Source of the DNA: a virus
Virus record (IMG/VR): IMGVR_UViG_3300031413_000005
Location: 1 to 64,000 of that record
Strand: one strand, 5' to 3'
Length of the DNA: 64,000 nucleotides
Shown here: piece after piece, positions 56,142-64,000 of the stretch
Numbering within the stretch: position 1 is the stretch's first letter
Layout: every line of letters starts with the position of its first letter
Translations under genes and position numbers: made by a program
The notes under the pieces: model-generated
What the model was told of the DNA's origin: nothing
The model's database searches: none
What the model saw: only the letters and a program-made list of their open reading frames with translations

Positions 56142-56247
56142 GGATAGAGGATTAATTAACGGATGGGCTTGCCGATGGGCCAATAGCGCATGGAGTCTCT
56201 CCTTTCTGTGTTGCTGAAGTGGTTAGGAAACCGGTGCCGGCGGTCGA

Positions 56248-56733
56248 CTACGCGACCAGCTCGAAATGCGGGCTGTCAGTCTCGCCCTTCTCGCGGGGCT
56301 TGCCGTTCGCGTTCCAGTCAGCGCCCCAGCGGATCGCGACCTTCTCGAGCTTCGCGGCTTCGAGCACCAACCTCGCCATGGCGTCGAAGCGCTTCAGGTT
56401 GTTCCAGTCGACGGGATACGGGACGATGTCGACCGCGTGACCGTAACCCGACGCCTGCTTGACGTGCTTCGAGTTGAGCGGGTTCTTGAGCCAGGTGACC
56501 TTCGAGAGGTTGGGCTTGGCGTGGCTGGCTGGGGCGCCCGCTGCGATGCACTGTGCGGCTGTGCGGCCCTTGCCAAAGTTCACGAAGCACTGCTCGGGCG
56601 AGCGCACGCCTTCGATCACCGTGAAGTCGAGATCCGGGGTCGCCATCTCGGCCGCGCGCTTCAGGACGCGGATGAGATCGGGATGGACCCCTACGAGGTT
56701 CGCAAGCGAACGGGCACCAAACTGGATAGCCAA
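56248..56733 (-). CDS. endolysin, M15-family peptidase
   Basis: EGVR, SKH, GHAVD, WGADW, DSPHFEL; AGGAG SD + TTG 56733. Confidence 0.9.
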   Translation of the reverse strand: MAIQFGARSLANLVGVHPDLIRVLKRAAEMATPDLDFTVIEGVRSPEQCFVNFGKGRTAAQCIAAGAPASHAKPNLSKVTWLKNPLNSKHVKQASGYGHAVDIVPYPVDWNNLKRFDAMARLVLEAAKLEKVAIRWGADWNANGKPREKGETDSPHFELVA

Positions 56734-56856
56734 AGCAACTCTCCTATTGTGTGTGTGGTTTACCATGCACTGCGGCGAAATGCAATCGCGGTGCGTTCGG
56801 GATGGACTTGCCGGGAGTGAGCAGCGCCAGGAAGGTCGCGAGGATTAGCTTGCGCA

Positions 56857-57228
56857 TCAGTCTGCCTTCTTGCCGAAGCCGGGAATGCTGGGCAGCAGAT
56901 CCTTGAGAAACGTTCCGAGCGTTGCGAACGGGCTGTCGCGGAAGTTCTCGGATGCCTTCACGAAGCCCATGACGATGTTCTCGGTCATGACGGCCGCAAT
57001 CCCTGCCCCACCGAGCATCCAGGCAGTGCCCCAGCCCTCCAGGGCGAGCCCTGCGACCAGTGCGCCGATGCCCCCGAAGATGCAGCCGGCGAACAGCTTG
57101 AGCGCGGTGCGCCGCGTGACGTCGAAGATCGAGACCAGCAGCGTGATGAGCGTGCCGCCGACGAAGAAGAACAGATGCCCGACATAGGCAACGTAGGCGT
57201 TGGTGAACGTGATCGTGTTCGTCGGCAT
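56857..57228 (-). CDS. holin-like membrane protein
   Basis: Three hydrophobic helices, upstream of endolysin. Confidence 0.6.
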   Translation of the reverse strand: MPTNTITFTNAYVAYVGHLFFFVGGTLITLLVSIFDVTRRTALKLFAGCIFGGIGALVAGLALEGWGTAWMLGGAGIAAVMTENIVMGFVKASENFRDSPFATLGTFLKDLLPSIPGFGKKAD

Positions 57229-57581
57229 CAGCCATTACCCCAGAGGTACGAAGGTGCGCGATCCCGCGAGTTCTCGATCTTCGCTTTGATGAACAGGTGT
57301 GCGGTGAGAAACAGCAGACCCATGGCGGCGTGAAAGCTCATCCACATGGTCGTGTGTTGCTCGCCGACGATTGCAGGACCGCCGATCCAGATCCAGAACC
57401 CGATGACCGCGGAATGGGAAATGCTGAAGATCGTCGACAGCGTGACCCAGATATAGGCGATGGCGTTTTCACGACCGCGAGCGATGTCGCGGGTGCTAAA
57501 GTGCCAGTCCTTCCCGCTGCCGATCGCCAGGAGCCCCGACAGAAACGCGGCGAGAGAACAGACCAGAGCGATGTAGATCAT
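57228..57581 (-). CDS. membrane protein (lysis cassette)
   Basis: Three TM segments from ATG 57581. Confidence 0.6.
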   Translation of the reverse strand: MIYIALVCSLAAFLSGLLAIGSGKDWHFSTRDIARGRENAIAYIWVTLSTIFSISHSAVIGFWIWIGGPAIVGEQHTTMWMSFHAAMGLLFLTAHLFIKAKIENSRDRAPSYLWGNG

Positions 57582-57582
57582 G

Positions 57583-57753
57583 TTACTTCGACGTCTGCTG
57601 CGGCGGGCGATTGTTGCCGCCCATTCCACCAAAACCACCGCCAACGCCGGGGATGGTTTCTGGCGTCGGCGCGGTCGCGCGAAGGCGACTCCGAACGACC
57701 AGAACTGCCACGACCACCACGAGGGCAATCATGACGAAAAATACAGGATTCAT
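57583..57753 (-). CDS. small single-TM protein
   Basis: MNPVFFVMIALVVVVAVLVV. Confidence 0.5.
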   Translation of the reverse strand: MNPVFFVMIALVVVVAVLVVRSRLRATAPTPETIPGVGGGFGGMGGNNRPPQQTSK

Positions 57754-57827
57754 TGGAACAAGCCTCGTGCAAGTGTGTTGCTTGCCATGCAGTATAGCAC
57801 GCAGGCAACACACCGGCAACGATGGCC

Positions 57828-58154
57828 TTAGACCGTCGCCGTCTCCGGCAGCGGGATCGGCGTCGAAAGCAGCTCGATCTGCTGCGCTACGGGCATCGCG
57901 TCGTAGCGCATAATCGATACCAGGCGTTCGAGCCGCTGGTAAGTCTCACGGTCGACATTCGGCATAACCGCGGCGATTGCTTCAATCTGAGCGGTTACGT
58001 GACGAACCGAGAGCAAATCCTTGAGCGGCTCGTAGATTTTCAGCTTGGCGAGGCGCTCGGTTTCACGCGCGTTCCAGTTCTGCTTGGCCTTCTTGGCTTG
58101 CAGCGAGGCGAGGAGCGCTAGTTCTTCGCTCGTGAGGTCATCTTCGAGGTCCAT
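57828..58154 (-). CDS. hypothetical protein
   Basis: GGAG SD; follows tail genes. Confidence 0.6.
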   Translation of the reverse strand: MDLEDDLTSEELALLASLQAKKAKQNWNARETERLAKLKIYEPLKDLLSVRHVTAQIEAIAAVMPNVDRETYQRLERLVSIMRYDAMPVAQQIELLSTPIPLPETATV

Positions 58155-58238
58155 AGGCTCTCCATAGGCAAATGCGGTGGGTATGTGTGTGGCGATGATA
58201 ACACATGGTAGGCATTCGCTCCACCCGGTTTCGATGGC

Positions 58239-58982
58239 TTAGTGGCCCGTGACGTCGAGCACGAGCACCGGTCCCATTGGCCTGCTCCACGTTGCGTTTG
58301 CCGGAATTGTCGGCGGGAACCGACTGTTGCCGAGCGAGCGAGCGACATCGTCATAGCTGACAAGTCCCGTCGACACGGTCGCCCCAGAAGCGGCGGTCCC
58401 ATTGAGCTTACCGTCGTTGTTGTAGGTCCAATTTCCGGCCGTGTTTCCGCTGTCGCCAGGTTCGTAAAGTCGACCGTCCTTGTAGAGCTGTCCGTTGTTA
58501 CGAGAGCGACCAGTCCATTCCTGTGCAGCGAGAGCGTAGGAACGCCCCGCCGAAAGGGTCGCGCTTTGCGTAGCGCCGTCAAGAACCGCGGCGATCGTCG
58601 CAACAGGGCGAGAGGACGAGTAGGTTAGATTGCCGGCAGTATCGAACAGCTCCAGGCCAACGCCGGTAGGCGGAAACCTGTTCGACTGTCCATACAGCCA
58701 ATAATTCACCGGCTGATTGACGTCTGCCCCCGATACGAAATGCGCGACGGCTTGTGCGCCGTTCATGTAGCGGCCCGCGCGCGCGCAATAGAAAGGGCTT
58801 TGGACTGCGAGAATGATCGGCGATGTCAGGTCAGGAAGCGGCACGAGGACGCTACTCTTGGTAGTAGTTCCCGAAAGTCGGGCTTGGGTAAAAACTGTCC
58901 CCTTGCCGATTAGAGCCATTGTCATCAGCCCGGCATCGAACTGAAGGGCACCATCGCTCCGAAAAGTCTGAAACGTCGCCAT
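58239..58982 (-). CDS. tail protein
   Basis: FQTFRSDGALQFD and GLELFDTAGNLTYSS repeats typical of genes after gpJ. Confidence 0.7.
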   Translation of the reverse strand: MATFQTFRSDGALQFDAGLMTMALIGKGTVFTQARLSGTTTKSSVLVPLPDLTSPIILAVQSPFYCARAGRYMNGAQAVAHFVSGADVNQPVNYWLYGQSNRFPPTGVGLELFDTAGNLTYSSSRPVATIAAVLDGATQSATLSAGRSYALAAQEWTGRSRNNGQLYKDGRLYEPGDSGNTAGNWTYNNDGKLNGTAASGATVSTGLVSYDDVARSLGNSRFPPTIPANATWSRPMGPVLVLDVTGH

Positions 58983-58983
58983 G

Positions 58984-59295
58984 TCAAAACGTCCCATACA
59001 TAATTGTAGCCCGCGGCCGGTCGCTTTCGTAGGTCGCCTCCGCCGAAGGGTAGCTCCACGATACGCCGTTTGCAGACGTAGTTATTATGGCCTCCTTGTT
59101 GTCTGCGCCGGGGATGCCACCGAGGAGCTGAAACGCAAATGGGCGACCGTTGCCGAGCCGAGCGTCGGTGATCGAGCCTGACTGCGCAGAACCCGCTCCT
59201 CCGATCGCGAAGGTGCCGAGTATTAGCGCGACGCTGCTCGTGGTATCGATCAACAAGGTGCCATTCTGAGCCCAGACTTGCAGTCCTGTTGCCAT
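58984..59295 (-). CDS. small tail protein
   Basis: MATGLQVWAQNGTLLID...YGTF. Confidence 0.7.
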   Translation of the reverse strand: MATGLQVWAQNGTLLIDTTSSVALILGTFAIGGAGSAQSGSITDARLGNGRPFAFQLLGGIPGADNKEAIITTSANGVSWSYPSAEATYESDRPRATIMYGTF

Positions 59296-59296
59296 G

Positions 59297-62200
59297 TTAG
59301 ATCCCCAGCCTGACGGCGCGTTGACCGTTAGAATAGTAAACGTCGACCCCAGCGGCGCCGATGGTCGTCGATCCGTTCCCGTTAGCCCCGGTGATGCGGA
59401 CGTCACCAATGATGTCGACGCCAGCGCCGGCATTCGCATCTGCCCAGACCCGCATCTGCGCGCGGTTGTTGCCGGCGACCGACTGCACCTGCCAATAGGC
59501 GGACGCGCGGCCCTTGAGATCTGCAACCGCGCCCTCTGCGGTGGTCACGCGCGCGAGGAGGTTCGACTGCTCGACCTTCTTGGACGCGATCTCGCCTGCG
59601 GTGGATGGACGCATGACGATGCGGTGCCAGATCGTGCGCAGGAAGCCATAGCCGCCCGCGCCGGTAAAGCCCGTCCACCCGGCCATCAGATAGAGGTTCA
59701 CGCCCGGCGACTGCGCGCCGTTGTAAAACATGAAAGTGAACTTGCGCTGGGCATTGCCGATATTGCCGATGCGGTCAGCGGTATCCGCGTTGTTGTGGAA
59801 GCCGTATTCGACCGAGTATCCGTTGTTGAACTGGCAATGGACGCCCGCACCGGACCAGTTGCCATCCTGGCCCTCGACATCGACCTCAAAGGTGTACCAG
59901 CCGGGAGGCATCTTGCCCAACGCCTGCGTCAGCCCGTTCTGGTTTCCCTGACGGTCGATTTGGAGTGGATAGCGCGCGCCATACTGGGAACCGCCTGCCC
60001 CATACGGCCCGTAATACGCGTTTGCGTCCTGCGCCCACATCGACCAGCCTTGAGGCATGTGCCAGCCGCCATCATAGATCCAGTTCACGTCGGGCTGGGT
60101 GAACGTCCCGTTGCGCACGAGATTGTTGCTGTCGTAGCCCACCGACGCCTCGACGATCGACGTGCGGCCGGCTGCGACGCTATCCGCATTCGCGCGGGCG
60201 ACGGCCTCGTTGTAGATCCGCGTGTTGAGCTCGCTGTCCTGCGCACCGCGAAGCTGAGCCTCAACAGTGTCGGCGCGGGTAGCGAGAGCGCTGTCACGCG
60301 CGAGGCGGGTGTCTTCTTCGGTTTTCACGCGAGCGGTGAGCGACACGACGCTCGCTGCCGCCTTGCCAGCTTCGATCTCGCCGACACTTGCCGGGCGAAG
60401 TGTAAGTCGACCCCACTTGATATACTTCGACGCACGGTAGCGGCCGAACCCGGTCCAGCTGTGCATGCAGTGCAGGTTCATTTCGCTGTAGGCCCCGATG
60501 TCGATCATCTTGGTCCACGTCCGAATTTCCATGTTCGCGCTGTCGCCCACGCGCCCAGTCGTGTCCGGGTCGGAGAGGAAGTCGAGGTTGTAGACGCCGC
60601 TCAGCGTGACGCCAGCACCCGACAGGCTACCGGAGACGCGCTGTGCGGTCACCTCGATGACCCACTTGCCCGCATGGACGGGGACGGTCTGGTAGATGCC
60701 GCACTCTGCGTTTTCGATGTTCGTCGTGTAGGCCGCGTAGGGACTGCCAACCATGCCGCCTGGCTCGCGGCCGATACCCCACTGGCCTTCCGTGACCCAC
60801 GCCGCCCATCCGGTCGGGTAGACCTGACCGTAGGGCCAGATCGCGAACTTGTCGTTTTTGCCTGTGCCCGATCCGATCGTCGCCGTGCTCTCGATCCCCG
60901 ACACACGGTTCCCCATCGTCACGTCCGCATCGGTTCGCGCGATCGTCTCGTTGTAGATGCGGGTGTTGAGCTCGCTGTCACGAGCGCCGCGAAGCTGCGC
61001 CTCGATCACGTCGGAACGCGATGCGAGCGCACGGTTGGCGTCCGCTGCGGTCGTGGCGTTCTCGATGATCGTGGCGTTGAGCTTGGTCTGCTCGGCCACA
61101 TTGCTGCCCGGCGTGTAAGGCACGGCCTCGGTGATACCGGGGCGGATTTTCACTAGCTGCGGGCGCAAGAACCAAGCGTAGCTGTTACCACCGGACGTCG
61201 TGCCGTGCTTCATCAGGTATATGCGGACCCAAGAATATCCGGCCGGCACAGTGAACGTGACTACGGTGCGCTTGTAGGTGCTCAACAGCTTGGCGTCGGC
61301 ATCCAGAGGCACAGTCACCTTTTCCCCGAGGAACAAGCCAGCGTTAGCTGGCGTGAAACCGTCGATGTAGATGCCCGTGTTGCATCGGTGAGAGTATGAG
61401 TAGACCGTCGCCTGATAGGTCGCCCCCGGCTCCAGGCCATGCACGTCTTGCGACCAGTGCCCCGCGCGCGCGGTGCTCGCATTTTCCTGCCCGATGACGA
61501 GCGCGTTCATGTTGTTGGGCCACCAAATATTGGCGGTGATACCGTTGCGCGCGCCAATGGAGCCTGCTTCCGGCGTAAAGCCCCAGCCCTCGTTGCCGGT
61601 GGTCCATTCGGTATTCGACAGAAGGTTGGAGCTGGTGCCCGCGCTCGCCTCGATAACGGAGGTCCGACCGGCCAGAACGCGATCGGCTTCCGCGAGCGTG
61701 CTGCGGTTCTCCTCGATCTTGGCCGACATCGGCGACGCGGTGGTCATGGCGACCTTGCTCTCGAGCGACGTGGTCCGATCCGCTACGGCTTTGGTCGCCG
61801 CGGCGGACACGATCGAGCTGTCCGTGATTGCTGCGTTTGCGGCTGCGATCGCGAACTTCTCGGAGCCCGGCGAGTAAGGTATCCACCCGGTCTGGCCTTC
61901 ATTGGCGACACCAATGAACGGGCGCCAGATCCAGACGTACGTGTCATTCAGACCGGTGCCATAGGTGCGAAGGCAGATCCGGGCCGAGACCGTGTTTGGC
62001 GGTGCTTTTACCGACTTTACGCCAGTCTGGTCCCATTGCTTGGGATCCTTGCCGCCTGCATCGACGCGCGCTCCGACGTTCTCGCCACCGTAGCCGGTGA
62101 AGGCCCCGTTTACGTCGTAGAACATGATGGAGACCCAAGCACGGCTTCGGTGGCTCGCGGTCATGGCGTAACACTGGTAGAACTCGCCCGCGCTGACCGG

Positions 62201-63568
62201 GATCGGTTCGCTGACGACTTCCATGATGCTGCCGGTCGGCGCTTTGCTTTGGCGCATCGCGAGGGCGTTTTCACCGATTGGGTGCCAGTCATCGCTAGGC
62301 GCGTTGATGACAATCACGCCACCATTAGGATTGTTGGTGATCGAGTAGCCGCGCAGGGTCTCAAAGGCGGTGTTCTGCAAGAGGTTACCACCACCCGTTG
62401 CCCGCGCCTCGAGAGCAGCCGTGCGGCCGGCGATCGCCCGCGTCGCATCTGCCGCGGCGGTCGATGCGTCACGAATGCTTGCCGCAAGCGGGCTGTCTTG
62501 TTTGCCGTCCAGCTTCGCCTCGACGACGCTCGTCCGGTTCGCGACCGCCGATACGGTCGTCGCGCGCACCGCCTTTTCGTCCTCGATCGCAGCCGCGTTG
62601 CTCGAAACGTCTTTCTGGACGAGTGCCTGCTTGTCGCGCAGCACCGCATCCTCTCCAGTTGAGCGCGCAATCTCGTTGGCGAGGTTGTTGCGAACGCCCG
62701 CCAAGTCGCCTTCCAGCTCGGTGCGCGCGTCAGTCAGATCCTGATTTGCCTGATCGATCTCGAGACCAGCTGCTGCTGCGGCCGCGCGCGCCTGGCGAGC
62801 CTCCTGAAATGCCTTGGCGACTTCCGCCATCGCTTCGGAAATGCGAACCTGTGCGTCGGTGAGCTCCTCGACGATCTCGACCGCGGGCTTGCCGCCAACG
62901 GCGTTCGTGTCCTTCGAGGTGTTGTCGCCGGTGACGTCTGCGTTGTCGTCAGGCTTGTTTGCGCCGGTGACGCCGTCCCACTTCGCGAGCTGGGCGGCGC
63001 GATCGGCGATCATGGCGTCGAGATCGGCCAGCGCCGACACGGCTGCTGCGTAAGAGGTCTGGAAGGTCGCGGCGTTGATCGGCGTGTCCTTCGACATATC
63101 GTTATACGCCGGGACGAGGCTCACGATATAGTCGGTCCACGCCTTCGTCGCGACGTTGGAGGCGTCGATGTAGGCGTCGATCCCGCCCAGCTGTCGCGCT
63201 TTCGCGGCCGAAGCCGACGACGAGGCCAGCAGCTGCGAATGCACCAGCGAAAGCTGCGGCTTTTCTGCACGCGACAGTATGTTGTCGGCCGTCATCCCGC
63301 GAATGTCCGAGATGACCTGGCTCGCCGCGACGTCCATAATCGTGCCGGTGATGTTGCCGTTGAACGACACCCGCACGCTGGGCCGGTAGCGCGTGTTCTT
63401 CGCTGGCGTGAGCGGCGAGTAGACGACGCCGTCGGCGTTGATGTCAGAGTCGACCCGGCGATATGCGCGCACGCTGAAGTCGTAAAAGCGGTCTGCCGCC
63501 ATGCCGGGCAGGATGACAGACCGCTTGTTCGGCTGGATGAAAACGCTGGTATCGGTGGGATTTGCCAT
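59297..63568 (-). CDS. central tail fibre, C-terminal part (gpJ-like; carbohydrate-binding-like repeats)
   Basis: Half-FN3 N-terminus, coiled coils alternating with four NLL.N..F beta domains, VRLG end; start 63568 or 63592. Confidence 0.8.
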   Translation of the reverse strand: MANPTDTSVFIQPNKRSVILPGMAADRFYDFSVRAYRRVDSDINADGVVYSPLTPAKNTRYRPSVRVSFNGNITGTIMDVAASQVISDIRGMTADNILSRAEKPQLSLVHSQLLASSSASAAKARQLGGIDAYIDASNVATKAWTDYIVSLVPAYNDMSKDTPINAATFQTSYAAAVSALADLDAMIADRAAQLAKWDGVTGANKPDDNADVTGDNTSKDTNAVGGKPAVEIVEELTDAQVRISEAMAEVAKAFQEARQARAAAAAAGLEIDQANQDLTDARTELEGDLAGVRNNLANEIARSTGEDAVLRDKQALVQKDVSSNAAAIEDEKAVRATTVSAVANRTSVVEAKLDGKQDSPLAASIRDASTAAADATRAIAGRTAALEARATGGGNLLQNTAFETLRGYSITNNPNGGVIVINAPSDDWHPIGENALAMRQSKAPTGSIMEVVSEPIPVSAGEFYQCYAMTASHRSRAWVSIMFYDVNGAFTGYGGENVGARVDAGGKDPKQWDQTGVKSVKAPPNTVSARICLRTYGTGLNDTYVWIWRPFIGVANEGQTGWIPYSPGSEKFAIAAANAAITDSSIVSAAATKAVADRTTSLESKVAMTTASPMSAKIEENRSTLAEADRVLAGRTSVIEASAGTSSNLLSNTEWTTGNEGWGFTPEAGSIGARNGITANIWWPNNMNALVIGQENASTARAGHWSQDVHGLEPGATYQATVYSYSHRCNTGIYIDGFTPANAGLFLGEKVTVPLDADAKLLSTYKRTVVTFTVPAGYSWVRIYLMKHGTTSGGNSYAWFLRPQLVKIRPGITEAVPYTPGSNVAEQTKLNATIIENATTAADANRALASRSDVIEAQLRGARDSELNTRIYNETIARTDADVTMGNRVSGIESTATIGSGTGKNDKFAIWPYGQVYPTGWAAWVTEGQWGIGREPGGMVGSPYAAYTTNIENAECGIYQTVPVHAGKWVIEVTAQRVSGSLSGAGVTLSGVYNLDFLSDPDTTGRVGDSANMEIRTWTKMIDIGAYSEMNLHCMHSWTGFGRYRASKYIKWGRLTLRPASVGEIEAGKAAASVVSLTARVKTEEDTRLARDSALATRADTVEAQLRGAQDSELNTRIYNEAVARANADSVAAGRTSIVEASVGYDSNNLVRNGTFTQPDVNWIYDGGWHMPQGWSMWAQDANAYYGPYGAGGSQYGARYPLQIDRQGNQNGLTQALGKMPPGWYTFEVDVEGQDGNWSGAGVHCQFNNGYSVEYGFHNNADTADRIGNIGNAQRKFTFMFYNGAQSPGVNLYLMAGWTGFTGAGGYGFLRTIWHRIVMRPSTAGEIASKKVEQSNLLARVTTAEGAVADLKGRASAYWQVQSVAGNNRAQMRVWADANAGAGVDIIGDVRITGANGNGSTTIGAAGVDVYYSNGQRAVRLGI

Positions 63569-63575
63569 GGCGCGG

Positions 63576-63612
63576 ATAATACCAGATTGCATGTGTGTTA
63601 TCTACCATGCAC
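63576..63612 (-). promoter_or_regulatory. promoter + operator between the two tail genes
   Basis: TAGATA-17-(TGG)TATTAT; ATG 7 nt downstream; motif at 63588-63612. Confidence 0.6.
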
Positions 63613-64000
63613 TTAGGACGCCGTGCTCCTCCAGGTAACCTCGAAGCCGTCGATCGTCGCTTCGTCGCCGCCCCACCCGAACTCGAAGCTGATGTCTGCC
63701 GAGCCGTCGGTGTTGATGACGTGCTCGACATCGGTAGCGGCATCGGTTGTCGGCGCGACGATCGGGTCAGGGTTCCGATTATTCCACTTCGAGAAATCCT
63801 GCATGTTCGTAGGCGCAACCGCGATGGTGAACTCCTTCGTCACCCAAGGCGAGATCGAGTTTTCCGCGACCGCGCGCACCTGAACGACATAGGCTCCCGT
63901 CTGAAGACCGTTCATTGCGCACCGCGTCTGGGTGTGGCTCCCAAGGCTCAACCATTCGGTCTCGACCTTGCGCCGATACTGAGCCTCGTAACCGGTCACC
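63613..64000 (-). CDS. tail tip protein (gpJ-like, FN3 repeats), 5' truncated by window
   Basis: GYEAQYR...GLQTGAYVVQVRAV FN3 motif. Confidence 0.75.
   Translation of the reverse strand, partial: VTGYEAQYRRKVETEWLSLGSHTQTRCAMNGLQTGAYVVQVRAVAENSISPWVTKEFTIAVAPTNMQDFSKWNNRNPDPIVAPTTDAATDVEHVINTDGSADISFEFGWGGDEATIDGFEVTWRSTAS

Larger units (their letters stand above)
9102..63612 (-). repeat. dispersed 25-bp operator-like motif GTGCATRGTMRACRACACACATGCA (about 27 copies)
   Basis: Copies near 4900, 9102, 9554, 10699, 13339, 15644, 17886, 23245, 24410, 26074, 26116, 27147, 29836, 30460, 35247, 38698, 39895, 40505, 44455, 45905, 48599, 49597, 53033, 54398, 56040, 56748, 57768, 63588; inverted copy near 49720. 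Confidence 0.9.
1..64000 (-). mobile_element. Phage-plasmid (SSU5/pHCM2-like gene set) fragment
   Basis: Plasmid RepA with iterons next to tail, lysis, DnaE, RecA, SbcCD, NrdAB, ThyX and CobS/T genes; co-oriented, tightly overlapping ORFs; no integrase in window. Confidence 0.88.

Noticed and set aside
57630-57665. ETIPGVGGGF resembling the GWGQF tag
   Set aside because: Internal, lacks the aromatic and Q positions, and lies in a Gly-rich stretch.
58984-59000. YGTF C-terminus as another tag member
   Set aside because: No acidic linker before it; fits the usual YGx(Y/F) end of this small tail protein type.
9102-63612. 25-bp motif as integron attC sites or CRISPR repeats
   Set aside because: Too short for attC, no GTTRRRY arms, no integrase, and copies precede core replication genes and overlap promoters.
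63590-63615. Stop-codon readthrough joining the two tail ORFs
   Set aside because: The ORFs are in different frames, a second in-frame stop follows, and no slippery site is evident.
1-64000. tRNA/rRNA genes, integrase, transposases
   Set aside because: None recognisable by eye; a tRNAscan run would be needed to exclude tRNAs fully.

Overview
64 kb of a large temperate phage-plasmid (SSU5/pHCM2/P1-like gene content). The host is probably an alphaproteobacterium such as a sphingomonad, inferred from high GC, an RPA-type RepA, GAAC-N7-GAAC LexA boxes and a TTAA-N7-TTAAC CtrA box. Every credible gene is on the minus strand. In transcription order (right to left): a gpJ-like tail tip/fibre split into two genes; small tail genes; lysis genes (holin-like proteins, M15 endolysin); PhoH; helicase; primase; a minimal protein kinase; RepA with three iteron clusters; an XRE-HTH regulator flanked by SOS boxes; a split CobT-like/vWA pair plus a CobS-like AAA+; DnaE fused to a UDG-like domain; gp32-like SSB; 5'-3' exonuclease; RecA; SbcD/SbcC; HNH; RuvC; NrdA-MTase-NrdB; ThyX; a NUDIX protein; a P-loop NTPase; a DEDD exonuclease; then about 22 kb of small accessory genes. 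Patterns the gene list does not explain: (1) a shared C-terminal peptide, acidic-P/A-G-W/F-G-Q-F-COOH, on four unrelated proteins, with weaker variants on four more; (2) about 27 copies of a 25-bp operator-like element overlapping sigma70-type promoters and gene junctions; (3) a fibronectin-III domain cut in half between two tail genes, with an operator/promoter in the gap; (4) dispersed 8-bp-periodic centromere-like arrays at 17.9-22.1 kb; (5) covarying GCGG-loop hairpins before ribosome-binding sites. Product calls come from motif recognition only; no database searches were run.
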